This document shows, piece after piece, positions 40,433 to 50,273 of a DNA stretch of 64,000 nt. Every line of letters starts with the position of its first letter. The stretch's first letter is position 1. The translations under genes were made by a program, and so were the position numbers. The notes below the pieces were generated by a model. The model saw nothing but the letters and a program-made list of their open reading frames with translations. It did not search any database and was not told the DNA's origin. The stretch lies in NCBI GenBank assembly GCA_017676145.1, contig GCA_017676145.1_3628.1; one strand, written 5' to 3'. The DNA is from a phage.

Positions 40433-40903
40433 TTACTGTCCGATTTTAAAGGTTGCAGATTCAAGCAGCACATCGTAATGCCGCATAGCCTCGTTGAAGC
40501 CTTTCTCTTGTGCCCACTGCTCGCTAACAGTAGGATTACTAAACTGCCCAGCCTCAATAACAAACTGGATAGCTTTGGCCCCTGTGTCCCCCATCTGCTT
40601 AAGAATAGCCTCTGCACTTGATCCTCTAGCCATAGCTCTCAACAATTTTTCTGTCAAGGTCTGTAGTTGAGTGCTGTGAAATGCAAAGGCTGTCTCCATG
40701 AAATTGCGAACAGGCAGCCCGTTCCAACCGAAGTTGTGAATGGCTGCCAATGTTGCCATATTTAAGCCTGACGGGTGAGGTTCGTCATAAAAGCCGTAGG
40801 TTATTGTTTTACTTTCAAGTCTCACAAGTTCTTTGTAGAAGCGATCTAAACGCTTTAGGTTGAACCTTGTTTGACATTTAACCTTTAGCATTATATCCCT
40901 CAC
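40433..40903 (-). CDS. head completion/neck protein (156 aa), unassigned
   Basis: Position between capsid and tail genes. Confidence 0.35.
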   Translation of the reverse strand: MRDIMLKVKCQTRFNLKRLDRFYKELVRLESKTITYGFYDEPHPSGLNMATLAAIHNFGWNGLPVRNFMETAFAFHSTQLQTLTEKLLRAMARGSSAEAILKQMGDTGAKAIQFVIEAGQFSNPTVSEQWAQEKGFNEAMRHYDVLLESATFKIGQ

Positions 40904-40944
40904 TAATGTATTTTACCACAAAGATACATCAAAAGCAACAATTT

Positions 40945-41565
40945 TTAAAAACTGCGTTTGCGTCTTGGGTGGCGAGGAGGTTGGTTATTTAGACCACTGA
41001 TAGGTGTAATCCCCTGGACATCGAACGGTCCGTTGCTGTTTTCATTAAATTTAACCCGAATTCCTTCGTCTACACGAACACCACCAATGATAATCATTCT
41101 GCTGTAAGCATCTAACTCAGAATCTACATAGTCTGGGTGTGCCAGCAGCCAATCAAGGAAATCTTTCCATTGGGCGTAGGAAGATCCACCACGAATCTCT
41201 ATGGTCTCATCACCTATTTTTTCCAGACGGGAAGTTATACTTGCATTACCGCTGGACACTTCCTGCATCATCAGCCACCGCACAAGCTGCACAAGCACAT
41301 TGTACTTAAGCAGAGGCAGCTTATCAGGATCTGCCGGATAATTTAGTTTCAACTTCTCCATGTCAAGGAATGTTTTAATTACCTCGTCAGGGAGGGTTTC
41401 CTCATCAACATTGCCAAGCAACAACCTCATAATATTAATAAGAGGTTGGTCTGGATCAGGTTCCGGAGGTACAGGATCTTCTTTTGGTGGTTCTTCTGGG
41501 GTATCTACTGCACCATCATGGTTAGGCGGGGACGGGATAATCTCTTCATCTTCATACCATGCCAT
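40945..41565 (-). CDS. head-associated protein (206 aa), acidic Pro-rich N-terminus
   Basis: Position; N-terminal acidic/Pro-rich segment. Confidence 0.35.
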   Translation of the reverse strand: MAWYEDEEIIPSPPNHDGAVDTPEEPPKEDPVPPEPDPDQPLINIMRLLLGNVDEETLPDEVIKTFLDMEKLKLNYPADPDKLPLLKYNVLVQLVRWLMMQEVSSGNASITSRLEKIGDETIEIRGGSSYAQWKDFLDWLLAHPDYVDSELDAYSRMIIIGGVRVDEGIRVKFNENSNGPFDVQGITPISGLNNQPPRHPRRKRSF

Positions 41566-41624
41566 TTGAAAATACCTCGTAAAAATAAAGCCCCATTCCT
41601 AATTTGGAAGGGGCCTTAACAAAA

Positions 41625-42467
41625 TTATGCCAGTGCAGCCTCAAAATCTTTCATCATATTTTGGAAAGTTTTTGCCTTACTTAAGGTAACACCGTGCTCT
41701 TTGGCGAAGGTTTGGAGTGCATCTTTTGAACCACTTTTGTCATCTTCGTTGTTAAGAGCTGCGGCCTGCTGTAGTAGGGCATCAACATCACTGCGAGAAG
41801 ATCTTGATTCTTGTGCCTGTTCAGGATCCTGCTCAGTGCCTCCCTCCGGTACAGTCGGACCTTGGGATTCTTCACCACCAGGTTCAGTAGGACCTACAGG
41901 CGGCTCCGGCTCTGGTTGAGGCGGTGGAGCTATCGTAGAGACCAGCCCAAGATTTACAACCTGAGAACGTTTCTTAGGCCACTCAATGGTGAAAGTTTGG
42001 GTATCTTCTTCATAAACAACGTTGCATTGCTCATCGTTTATGGTCACCTTTTTAGGCATCCCTACAGGGTCCCATAGATGGCCCTCTGCCACTGAAACTT
42101 GGAAAGCCGCATCTACCTCTTTAAACACTGACGGGGTGAGTGTGATATTGACATCCCCACTTTGCAGTGTTAAAGTGCTTTCATCAAGGTTCTCTGTGAA
42201 GAACAGAAGAATAACACCCATACGGATAGTTGAAATACCAGTATCAATTGGCAGGCCTGTGTGTTTTGCAATCTTCTGGAAGAAGTCTACAATCGTTCTG
42301 CATGGATAGTGCACACTGCCAATAACGAATTCTGTTGGCGGCAGCAGGGCTGATAAACCAACATTGATTTCTGGGTTATATTGTGCTAAAAATTGATAAA
42401 AACTTAACTGATTGTTGAAAACTCTTAATAGAGGATCATACTCGACTGGGTAGACGGTTCGCTTCAC
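41625..42467 (-). CDS. head-associated protein with Pro-rich linker (280 aa)
   Basis: First gene after capsid terminator; internal PPPQPEPEPPVGPTEPGGEE linker. Confidence 0.35.
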   Translation of the reverse strand: MKRTVYPVEYDPLLRVFNNQLSFYQFLAQYNPEINVGLSALLPPTEFVIGSVHYPCRTIVDFFQKIAKHTGLPIDTGISTIRMGVILLFFTENLDESTLTLQSGDVNITLTPSVFKEVDAAFQVSVAEGHLWDPVGMPKKVTINDEQCNVVYEEDTQTFTIEWPKKRSQVVNLGLVSTIAPPPQPEPEPPVGPTEPGGEESQGPTVPEGGTEQDPEQAQESRSSRSDVDALLQQAAALNNEDDKSGSKDALQTFAKEHGVTLSKAKTFQNMMKDFEAALA

Positions 42468-42490
42468 GGGACACTCCTGTTAAACCCTAA

Positions 42491-42524
42491 TAAATAAAAA
42501 GGGGAGGGGGAGAACCCCCTCCCC
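42491..42524 (-). terminator. strong rho-independent terminator
   Basis: On minus strand GGGGAGGGGG-ttct-CCCCCTCCCC 10-bp GC hairpin followed by TTTTTTATTTATT, directly after the capsid gene. Confidence 0.75.
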
Positions 42525-42548
42525 ATATGGGATGAATCACATCAGTGA

Positions 42549-43559
42549 TTAGCCACCGTTTTTCAGAGTTACTTTAACAACCAGCTCTGGACGGGTGTTA
42601 ACTGCCAGCATGGAAGTTTCAGATTCAATCTTCTCTTCACGCAGGTATGCAGAGTGTTTATACCACATGTACAGTTCCTGGGCTGGGGTATTTGCTTCGT
42701 TAACATCATCTGCTGGAGCAAAGTGCAGCTGGAACATCTGATCAATACCCATAGGCAGAATGCGAGCTTCTTTCTTCGGAATATTGCCAGAGATATCTTC
42801 GATAAAGGTGATACCTTTATGCTCAAACACACGGTATACGCTGTCTTGACCGCCAGCACCCAGACGGCGACGCAGAGGTTCCTGAGCAGAGCCGTAATAT
42901 GTGTATGCCAGTTCTACCAGAGGGTGATGGGTAATAGCACTGAAGAACTCTGGTGAGCACAGGGCTACGATGCGATAGCCAGCTGCATTATCGCCAGCTT
43001 GCAGTGCGATGTGCAGACGAGCTTCTTCCAGAACCTCCATAGGATCCTGATCTGCTTTTGCAGGGTCGATCTCAACAGATTTCTGAGACACACCCCACAG
43101 AGTGTAGTAATCATACTGGCAGGTAGCGTCACCAGGTGCATAGGATTTACCCAGAATAGCCTGGAACAGAGCTTTCTCACGCAGTGCTTCATGAGAAACA
43201 CGGATACGACGAACAACGCGGGTTACTACGTCCTGAACAGTTTTCGGAGCATCAGGAGTGAAGTAACGACGGAAGTTCTGAACATCTGCGGCAGTGATGC
43301 CTTTGTCCAGAGGGAAGAACGGGATGTTCAGGTTTTTAACCTGAGCACGTTCACTACCAACATAGTTACGTTCACCACCACGACGGCGTGCCGGAATGTC
43401 GGTTACAACTTCATCAACACGCTCGATCTGAGCAATTGTTGAGGTGCCGAGACGGGTTTCGAACAGATCCATACCGGTGATCAGTCGGAATTGGCGCGGA
43501 ACAAGGTCCAGAGTAGCACCTAAATCGACAATGCCAAATTCATCTTTACGAGTAATCAT
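42549..43559 (-). CDS. major capsid protein (putative)
   Basis: 336 aa gene following scaffold and a small decoration-like gene and followed by the strongest terminator in the window. Confidence 0.55.
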   Translation of the reverse strand: MITRKDEFGIVDLGATLDLVPRQFRLITGMDLFETRLGTSTIAQIERVDEVVTDIPARRRGGERNYVGSERAQVKNLNIPFFPLDKGITAADVQNFRRYFTPDAPKTVQDVVTRVVRRIRVSHEALREKALFQAILGKSYAPGDATCQYDYYTLWGVSQKSVEIDPAKADQDPMEVLEEARLHIALQAGDNAAGYRIVALCSPEFFSAITHHPLVELAYTYYGSAQEPLRRRLGAGGQDSVYRVFEHKGITFIEDISGNIPKKEARILPMGIDQMFQLHFAPADDVNEANTPAQELYMWYKHSAYLREEKIESETSMLAVNTRPELVVKVTLKNGG

Positions 43560-43610
43560 TTATTTCTCCAAAGTAAAACTTAAATATTTTCCCGAACAAT
43601 TTAGGGCTTA

Positions 43611-43997
43611 TTATTCACCAAGAGTCTGGACGTGAACTTTGTTACCTAAAGCTTCCAACTTATCCAGAATTCTTTGGTCTGCTTTAGCTCCATCTGCACC
43701 TAACAGCATATCTTTTGCAAAGGTAACACCATGGACGGCAACAACCAGGTTATAGGATTGACCTACTTCTAAAGGTTTTGCAAGATGAACCGTACCAGCA
43801 TCTTTGACAAGAGCACGGTCAACAATAACGCCGTACACATCAGAACCGTCTGCGTTAGCGATGGTACCTGTTTTTGTTACAACAGTACCAGCGTGGTGAT
43901 GCTCTGTCAGTGTTACCTTAATCTCTTTAAAATTGTAGCCAGCATCGCTAGAATCAACTTTGCCGAGCACGATATCAGAATATTGAGCGGTAATCAT
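43611..43997 (-). CDS. head decoration-like protein (128 aa, tentative)
   Basis: Small beta-rich protein between scaffold and capsid genes. Confidence 0.35.
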   Translation of the reverse strand: MITAQYSDIVLGKVDSSDAGYNFKEIKVTLTEHHHAGTVVTKTGTIANADGSDVYGVIVDRALVKDAGTVHLAKPLEVGQSYNLVVAVHGVTFAKDMLLGADGAKADQRILDKLEALGNKVHVQTLGE

Positions 43998-44017
43998 TTA
44001 TTTCCCCCGTTAATGTC

Positions 44018-44995
44018 TTATTTGTTAGATTCTGCACGTGCACGAGCAAGTGCTTTTGCAACGTTTTCAGCAAGAATTTCTTCTGCGGATTTTGCAATAT
44101 CATCCACAACAGGTTCGCCATCATTACCATGTTCAGTGGTGGCAAACTCTTCTTTAGTTTTATGCACCTCTGCTTCCAGCTCTTCAATTTTTGCTTGAGC
44201 TTTCTCCAGCATAGCTACGATAGGTTCGTTAGCTTTCTCCAGCATGAAGTCAACCAGGGTTGCGTGATCTTCTTCACCAACAAAGCTTAAAGCTTGAGCC
44301 TTAGTCAGCATTTTAGCTTTTTCAACTTCAACCTGGGCCTTGATGATTTCTTCAGCTTTACTCTGGGTTGCTTTCAGCTCTTCTACTTGCTTCAGCAGAT
44401 CCAGATACTCTTTAGTTTTGGTTACGTCCACCGGATTCTCCTCGGTATTTGCGGATTTTGCAACATCATCCACCTCGGTAGTTTTATCCACCTCAGTAGG
44501 TTCCTGTACCGCCTTGATCAGGTTCCCTTCTTTATCGAAGAGATCAGCGGTTACTTGTTCAAAAATCTGTTGTGTTTTTAGCAGGCTGTACTGATCTACC
44601 ACACTAAGCTGCTTGCCTTCTTTTGCAGCTTTATGAATGGTCACGTTATCACAACGCTCTTCCAGCCATGAAATACAAGACTCTGCGTCAGCTTGCGCCC
44701 ATTCCCAATCAGGATGCTCTTTAGCCCAAGCTTCCTCTTCAATCTCAAAACCAAGCATGTGTGCAAGTGCTTTGGCATCATCATACCACATATCGAAGAA
44801 ACGACGCAGGTATTCTTCAAAACTAAGCTCCACAGTAACTTGGCGAAGTGCCTTAACAATATCTTCTGTTAACTGCTCAGGCTGAAGATCACTCTTCATC
44901 AAAAGAGATACAGGTCTGTTGTTAGCGCTATAGCCTTGAGCCTTATGGCACAGGGCAATCCCCTTCTCTTTAATAGTAATCGTTTTTTCAGACAT
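44018..44995 (-). CDS. scaffolding protein (putative)
   Basis: 325 aa, highly acidic, Glu/Lys/Ala-rich coiled-coil composition; position after portal. Confidence 0.55.
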   Translation of the reverse strand: MSEKTITIKEKGIALCHKAQGYSANNRPVSLLMKSDLQPEQLTEDIVKALRQVTVELSFEEYLRRFFDMWYDDAKALAHMLGFEIEEEAWAKEHPDWEWAQADAESCISWLEERCDNVTIHKAAKEGKQLSVVDQYSLLKTQQIFEQVTADLFDKEGNLIKAVQEPTEVDKTTEVDDVAKSANTEENPVDVTKTKEYLDLLKQVEELKATQSKAEEIIKAQVEVEKAKMLTKAQALSFVGEEDHATLVDFMLEKANEPIVAMLEKAQAKIEELEAEVHKTKEEFATTEHGNDGEPVVDDIAKSAEEILAENVAKALARARAESNK

Positions 44996-45426
44996 TATTC
45001 ATTGCCCTCTTCTACAACACTGATCCCGAAGTTTACGTTGGTAATTTCACCAGTCTCTTCATCAACATTACCTGTTGCCTGAATGCTTAGGCCACCAACA
45101 ATGCCAGCCTTCTTAGCTTCCCATAATTCAGGATTATTGTATTTAACTTTAGCAACCCAAGAGCCAGCCTTGATGACCTGCTCAGTGCCAATCACTACAA
45201 CATCAAACTCTTCTTGAATCCACGTCTTTTCAATGGTGAAAGCATCTGTAGAGGTCAAGTGAAAAAGGTTTTCAGAAACTAGGCCTGCGGCGTATGCTGC
45301 GTCCCAGTTATCTTTAGCCTTTTTGATGGTGTCTTTACTCATCCACTCGCCGTGAGCATCTTTAGTGTCAGGTTCGTAGATGATTTCGTAGGAAATCATT
45401 TCTTCCTGTGGCATCTTATTCCCCAT
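44995..45426 (-). CDS. head maturation protein / possible prohead protease (start uncertain)
   Basis: ORF overlapping the portal 3' end; internal start near MGNKMPQ preferred over the listed 45570. Confidence 0.3.
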   Translation of the reverse strand: MGNKMPQEEMISYEIIYEPDTKDAHGEWMSKDTIKKAKDNWDAAYAAGLVSENLFHLTSTDAFTIEKTWIQEEFDVVVIGTEQVIKAGSWVAKVKYNNPELWEAKKAGIVGGLSIQATGNVDEETGEITNVNFGISVVEEGNE

Positions 45427-45481
45427 GTGGATTATTTTATCACGCCAAAGGAGGTTTTGCAACCCCCTGTGTTGATAATTT

Positions 45482-47038
45482 TTAATTTTCCATGTTAGAT
45501 ATGGAGTTATCTCTGGTTGATGACATCTTAGAAGTGCCGTTGCCAGTGGATCCTGCAGCCATTCCATCACCAGCTCTACTGATGTCCTGGCCCAAGAGCT
45601 TCATTAGCTCTTCCTGATCCATGTCCTCGTCAAATCTTTCATCAAACCCGCCTACTTCAAGAATCTTATTAATTACTGCAGGAGTTTTTGGCAAGTAACC
45701 TACAGCACCGATCCTCTGGACAAACTTGGAGAAGCTCTCCATGTCCACTTCTTCAATCAGACCAGGTTTCAGTTTAGGCATATCATCATCTTCAAGGATG
45801 ATACCATTCAATGCCAGAAGCTGTGGAATAAGATCTTTATTGAAGGCCTCAGTGATAATATCTATATCACGCTGAACAAAATGACCATGGATAGATTGTT
45901 TTGACTCAGACAGCGAGAAAGATCCAACGTTATCGTTACCGAGGTTAATAAAGCCAGCACCGAAACGGTCAAGAATCGCCTTCTTACGGGCATCAATCAA
46001 ATCTTTAGTGGAATACTGCTTACCCATGCCGTCAACCCCCTTCAGGGTCATGGAGTAAAGCTCTTTACCAGACTTATCTCTATCAGACGGAAGTATAAAG
46101 AAACTTTGCTCCCCGCTATGGGCATTTGCTGCGTCAAGCATAAGATCTGCAACCATTCTCCCTTCCATTGAATTCGGGTCAATGCTGGCCTTGTTCAGAA
46201 TATTGGAAGGAATTTTCAGCTCAAGCACACCACCAAGGTCTTTGGAGCAGCCAACAACCTCAAGGTTTTCAATCAGAACTTTCTCACGGAAAGATCTGTA
46301 GCAACCTATCATTGGTGACACACCTGCAGGGTTAGATTCTGTTCCTGACAGGGTCATAAGCATAAGCTTTTTAGCAGGGATGAAAATTTCAGGCTCATTA
46401 AAGCCTTTTGAAGGCATTGCAGCAAGAGGTCCAGCCCAGCGTGCATTCTGCGTGTTTAGAAATGCATTAGGTGATTGATAAATACCTGTCAGTGTTCTAC
46501 TATTCTTGTCAAAGACAAACGGCTCTGATCTTGACAAACTGGCCTGAGGTCGAAATGCAATTTTATCAATAAGAAGCATCCCGGCGTATTTACCTTCTTT
46601 CTCTCTGCGGTATACTTTCTCAAACAGTGAAAAACCATACTCGTTAAAGGTAGCTGCGCTTCTTGCAATATCTCGAAGAGTTTGTTGGTTTGCCAAATTA
46701 CGTAAAGAATACTCTATAAGCTCGGCAGCTTTCTTAGAGTCTTCACTTTTAACATTATAAAGGATCTTAAAATCATTGAATGCTTTCGTGATGAAAACAT
46801 ATTTTGTATCTAAGGCAGTAGCAACTGTGGAATCACATTTCATAGTCTCCACTGTAGCAATCAGCTGAGGCCAACGCAATTCCTCAACCATCATAGATTG
46901 TGATTCTGCCATAATTTGGGAAAGTGCGCCAGAACCGATCTCACTCATACGAACATTATGAGTTGGTGCGCCTGCGTTCCCAGATTTATTCACAGTTTTG
47001 GCTGTGGCGTTGTGTTTCCTGCGGTTCTTTTTGGACAC
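45482..47038 (-). CDS. portal protein (putative)
   Basis: 518 aa gene immediately downstream of terminase large subunit. Confidence 0.55.
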   Translation of the reverse strand: MSKKNRRKHNATAKTVNKSGNAGAPTHNVRMSEIGSGALSQIMAESQSMMVEELRWPQLIATVETMKCDSTVATALDTKYVFITKAFNDFKILYNVKSEDSKKAAELIEYSLRNLANQQTLRDIARSAATFNEYGFSLFEKVYRREKEGKYAGMLLIDKIAFRPQASLSRSEPFVFDKNSRTLTGIYQSPNAFLNTQNARWAGPLAAMPSKGFNEPEIFIPAKKLMLMTLSGTESNPAGVSPMIGCYRSFREKVLIENLEVVGCSKDLGGVLELKIPSNILNKASIDPNSMEGRMVADLMLDAANAHSGEQSFFILPSDRDKSGKELYSMTLKGVDGMGKQYSTKDLIDARKKAILDRFGAGFINLGNDNVGSFSLSESKQSIHGHFVQRDIDIITEAFNKDLIPQLLALNGIILEDDDMPKLKPGLIEEVDMESFSKFVQRIGAVGYLPKTPAVINKILEVGGFDERFDEDMDQEELMKLLGQDISRAGDGMAAGSTGNGTSKMSSTRDNSISNMEN

Positions 47039-47140
47039 AAGCTTTACCCCTCAAAACAGTATAACAAAATAGCCCTCGTGTTAGAGGGCTAGTATCTCCG
47101 ATTACTCTATTCTACCACATCTAATTAAGATTGGCAACAC

Positions 47141-47920
47141 TTAGATAAAACGCTTGAACATAGAAGGTGATGAGATTGATGGAATCACACAAGGAAGTGC
47201 TACCTCCTCTTTCTCCAGGAAATTAATCGCAGAAGCCACACAGTCGGCCCAGTCGTCTTTTCTGTTAAATGTTGATCTTTCCCCGTTGAATTTTTCAAGT
47301 TCAGTCAGAAATGCTTCCAGAGTATCAGGATGGAAACTGGATTTTACAATCCTCACCATTCCTTGTTGGGCAAGATTGGCAAAAGGTGAGAACCTTGTTA
47401 GTTTAGATTTGTTGGAAGGCATTGGATCTTCTTCAACCCTAAACCCTTCGGCGAGTAAGGATCTGGAGGAGGTTAAGAACTCACTCTTACCTGCCTGACC
47501 TGGGTCCACAGAGAATACGATTATACAATCATCACCATCAAACTGCGCCTGTTTCCTGATGATCACATCTCGTTCACCAGCCTTTTTACAGAACTTACCT
47601 TCCAGACCTGTGGAATATCTCCCGTCATCCACGTTCTCAGGACAATAATCACCGGACAGGTAATAAAAGCCGTCGCTATCTTTACTTACCTTAACACTGG
47701 CGGTAAAGTCAGGAAATTTATTACCGGAAGTTCTCTCGGTTCCTGCCTTATCCCATGCCCTACAAGATACTGATCCAAGGGGTACTCTATCGGCATCACG
47801 AAGGAAAGATCTTTGAAAATAGTTTGCACCCTCAGGCTTTGCAAACCAGTTACCATGAAGAAGCTGAGCTTTTTCCAGTTCCGGCAGACCTTCAAGGAAA
47901 GCAAGGTATTCGGGGTTGTC
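47141..47920 (-). CDS. terminase large subunit, exon 3 (nuclease domain); 5' boundary approximate (+/-30 nt)
   Basis: Frame is open upstream of the listed 47632 start back to a stop at 47948-47950, reading ...DNPEYLAFLEGLPELEKAQLLHGNWF...RAWDKAG...; continues terminase after intron 2. Confidence 0.65.
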   Translation of the reverse strand, partial: DNPEYLAFLEGLPELEKAQLLHGNWFAKPEGANYFQRSFLRDADRVPLGSVSCRAWDKAGTERTSGNKFPDFTASVKVSKDSDGFYYLSGDYCPENVDDGRYSTGLEGKFCKKAGERDVIIRKQAQFDGDDCIIVFSVDPGQAGKSEFLTSSRSLLAEGFRVEEDPMPSNKSKLTRFSPFANLAQQGMVRIVKSSFHPDTLEAFLTELEKFNGERSTFNRKDDWADCVASAINFLEKEEVALPCVIPSISSPSMFKRFI

Positions 47921-48923
47921 TCTTAAGCAGACAGGATTATCGAATCCTTATATTCAAAGGTGGTCGCAACACCACCTTCCGCACCTTTACGTGCTGCTGC
48001 ATGTTACCATGCAGAGTAGACTATATCACCACCCATCTCAGGGTGCTTCGCTTTTCGAGCGCCATAAGCTTGCGCCCTACTCCCTCTCGGGATAGTCGTT
48101 GAACTACATTACCAATCGTAATTGTTTGAAATATAGGTGTAAGTCTTACGATCTTTTATTCCTTTAACAACACTAAAACTTACTCCCCACTTCTTAGCTA
48201 TTTTATTTACACACAAAACCCTGTCGCTAAGATCCTCGCAGATACCTATTATCTTGTGCTCACTTATCCTATTAGAGGTTGGCACTTTTCTAAAGTTAAA
48301 CTCTTTAGAAATATCTGGGTATACTGAGCCATTCTTTATACCACTTACAAGTGGTTGATTGACACCAAACATTTCACAAATGTCTTTTACCCTTGCACCT
48401 TGCTCTAACAGCCTACATATTTCAAGAGCAGTGGCATCATCTAGGGACCTGTATCTATTGATATAGTCCTTTTTAAGTCCCATTTCATGAGCGTGATGTG
48501 TGTTTTCCTCAGGCGTTGTCCACTCAAGGTTCCATGCGGCGTTATTCAACTTATTACCATCCAGGTGGTTTACTTGAGTTTTCACGCTGGGATTATCATT
48601 ATCAACAAAAGTCATAGCAATCACTCTGTGGACTAGCACTTGGAACTTTTTACCGCCCTCGCACAAAGTTACCATAGCATAGCCAGTCTTTTTCTGCACA
48701 TTAGGATGGAGGAATTTATTAGAATACAGACTGTAAATTCTTCCATCGTATGTAGCACAATAATGATTGTAACCTAAAAAGCCTAAATTTTTCATTTCAA
48801 ACATCTCCCTACTACAGGTTCGGAAGGGTAATTATAGCTGCTGATTGTCCGTTTAGCAATCGGATTTTCCAGCAATTAACGAAGTTATTCGACGTGCATT
48901 TCTGCACGAAGCCACTATCATTT
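47921..48923 (-). mobile_element. group I intron 2 in terminase large subunit gene, carrying an HNH homing endonuclease ORF; ends approximate
   Basis: Minus-strand core elements P AATTGCTGGAAAA (48866-48878), Q AATCAGCAGC (48837-48846), R GTTCAACGACTA (48083-48094), S GATATAGTC (48019-48027) in canonical order; in-frame stop right after the exon; ORF between Q and R. Confidence 0.75.
48109..48804 (-). CDS. intron-encoded HNH homing endonuclease (231 aa)
   Basis: NHLDGNKLNNAAWNLEWTTPEEN HNH motif; located inside intron 2 between Q and R elements. Confidence 0.8.
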   Translation of the reverse strand: MFEMKNLGFLGYNHYCATYDGRIYSLYSNKFLHPNVQKKTGYAMVTLCEGGKKFQVLVHRVIAMTFVDNDNPSVKTQVNHLDGNKLNNAAWNLEWTTPEENTHHAHEMGLKKDYINRYRSLDDATALEICRLLEQGARVKDICEMFGVNQPLVSGIKNGSVYPDISKEFNFRKVPTSNRISEHKIIGICEDLSDRVLCVNKIAKKWGVSFSVVKGIKDRKTYTYISNNYDW

Positions 48924-49241
48924 AATGGTTGCGCCTATAAACGAGAATGACAACGGTCTTGGCTTAATCTCCACACCTAGTCCGTTAACCGTGGTGTATT
49001 TCTCTATTAACTCCTCTTTAGAGTCTCCCCAGATAAATTCACCGTCGCGCCGGATAAAATATCTTTTCTTACCACATTTCTCCGGATCTGGATACCCTTC
49101 ATCGTCCAACCACCACCTAACCAGTTTGGCAAGCATGTGTTCTGAGTCGGGGTTACAGCTGATAACCATTCTTGATGGATACTTTGACTGAGATCGCAGA
49201 CGAGACATTAGATAGTCTATCTGCTCCCATTCGAATTGCGT
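48924..49241 (-). CDS. terminase large subunit, exon 2; boundaries approximate
   Basis: In-frame segment ...(T)QFEWEQIDYLMSRLRSQ...VISCNPDSEHMLAKL...; bounded upstream by intron 1 and downstream by a stop at the start of intron 2. Confidence 0.6.
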
Positions 49242-49560
49242 CGTTTATGTTCAGGCAAGGTCGCTAGTCTTGCCCCGCCATTTTCAGGCAGCTGCATGTC
49301 TCCATGCAGACCAGACTATATCTTATAAGCTATAACAACAGCTTACCCTCCCGTTTCGAATCGCTTGATTCTACGTCTTTCGACTAGTCGTTGAACGTTC
49401 ATCCTCTCGGATGCTTCGCTGCGGATTATCTAAATCAACACTCTGTTACCATACCTTCGATCTCTCTTCGAAGCCTCTATTATGTTACCATAACAGGTTG
49501 GTGGTGTTAATAATAAAGATTTCCCCGCAATTAGGGAGGTTTTACGAGAGCTACAAATTA
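49242..49560 (-). mobile_element. group I intron 1 in terminase large subunit gene (no ORF)
   Basis: Minus-strand P AATTGCGGGGAA (49521-49532), Q AATCCGCAGC (49418-49427), R GTTCAACGACTA (49385-49396), S GATATAGTC (49316-49324); exon ends GGT followed by TAA, as in T4 td-type introns. Confidence 0.75.
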
Positions 49561-49986
49561 ACCCTCATCGAAGCAAACCATGGTGTACTCAAGCCCTTGA
49601 TGGTTAAGCTTATCTTGGACATACTCCATGTGGCAGTATTTTACAACGGCCCCTTTTTTGCTCCTGTCCCACTTGCCAGTGCTCGGATCAAACCGTGGAA
49701 AAATAAACTTATGATCCTTCTCTCTGAACTTTGGTTTAATGTTTTCAGGCAGATCACTGTAAATAGCTACTGCTTTAGGCCATAGACCTCCTTCACCCTC
49801 CAGCTGCGGGGTTGTTCTTCGGAACATAACCACAGAGCTGTGTGGGTCATCAATAATTTTAAGTGGCATTAGCTGCAAGAGGAACGACTTGCCAGAACCG
49901 GCTGCACCTCCGATCACCAAAATATCTGCATCGTTCTCAAGGATCATCTTCTGCTTTTCAGAACACGGTCCGTAAATCTTAGACAT
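49561..49986 (-). CDS. terminase large subunit, exon 1 (ATPase domain)
   Basis: Walker A GGAAGSGKS and Walker B MVCFDEG; start ATG overlaps the o-spanin stop (TAATG). Confidence 0.75.
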
Positions 49987-50273
49987 TAACCTCTCTCCTT
50001 TGGAAACAGTGTTCTTATATAGTCTTGCAAAATGATCAATTTAGCTCTATCATTACTACAAGACAGGTTATTATCCCTCATAATGCCAGAATTCACCGCA
50101 TCTGGCGCACCTTTCTTCAAAGGGATAGCTTTAGCAGGTGGTTTCATAGCACCCTCGGGAGGTTTAACAATCAACCTTCCTACATCCGGAGGGTCAATCT
50201 TATATTCTTTTTCGACACTTGTCGCACATCCGCACAGCAGTAAGCAAGCAACTAACAATACGGTGGCTCTCAT
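49986..50273 (-). CDS. o-spanin (Rz1-like outer-membrane lipoprotein)
   Basis: Signal peptide with lipobox-like LLLCGC, Pro-rich mature region, 95 aa; 4-nt overlap with upstream i-spanin gene. Confidence 0.6.
   Translation of the reverse strand: MRATVLLVACLLLCGCATSVEKEYKIDPPDVGRLIVKPPEGAMKPPAKAIPLKKGAPDAVNSGIMRDNNLSCSNDRAKLIILQDYIRTLFPKERG

Noticed and set aside
47686-47904. 72-aa minus-strand ORF
   Set aside because: Out of frame and overlapping the upstream extension of terminase exon 3; spurious.
47755-48102. 115-aa plus-strand ORF
   Set aside because: Antisense to the terminase exon/intron region in a minus-strand operon; no RBS; spurious.
49558-49986. Stand-alone small ATPase gene (142 aa)
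   Set aside because: It ends right after Walker B and is followed by group I intron core elements; it is the first exon of the terminase large subunit.
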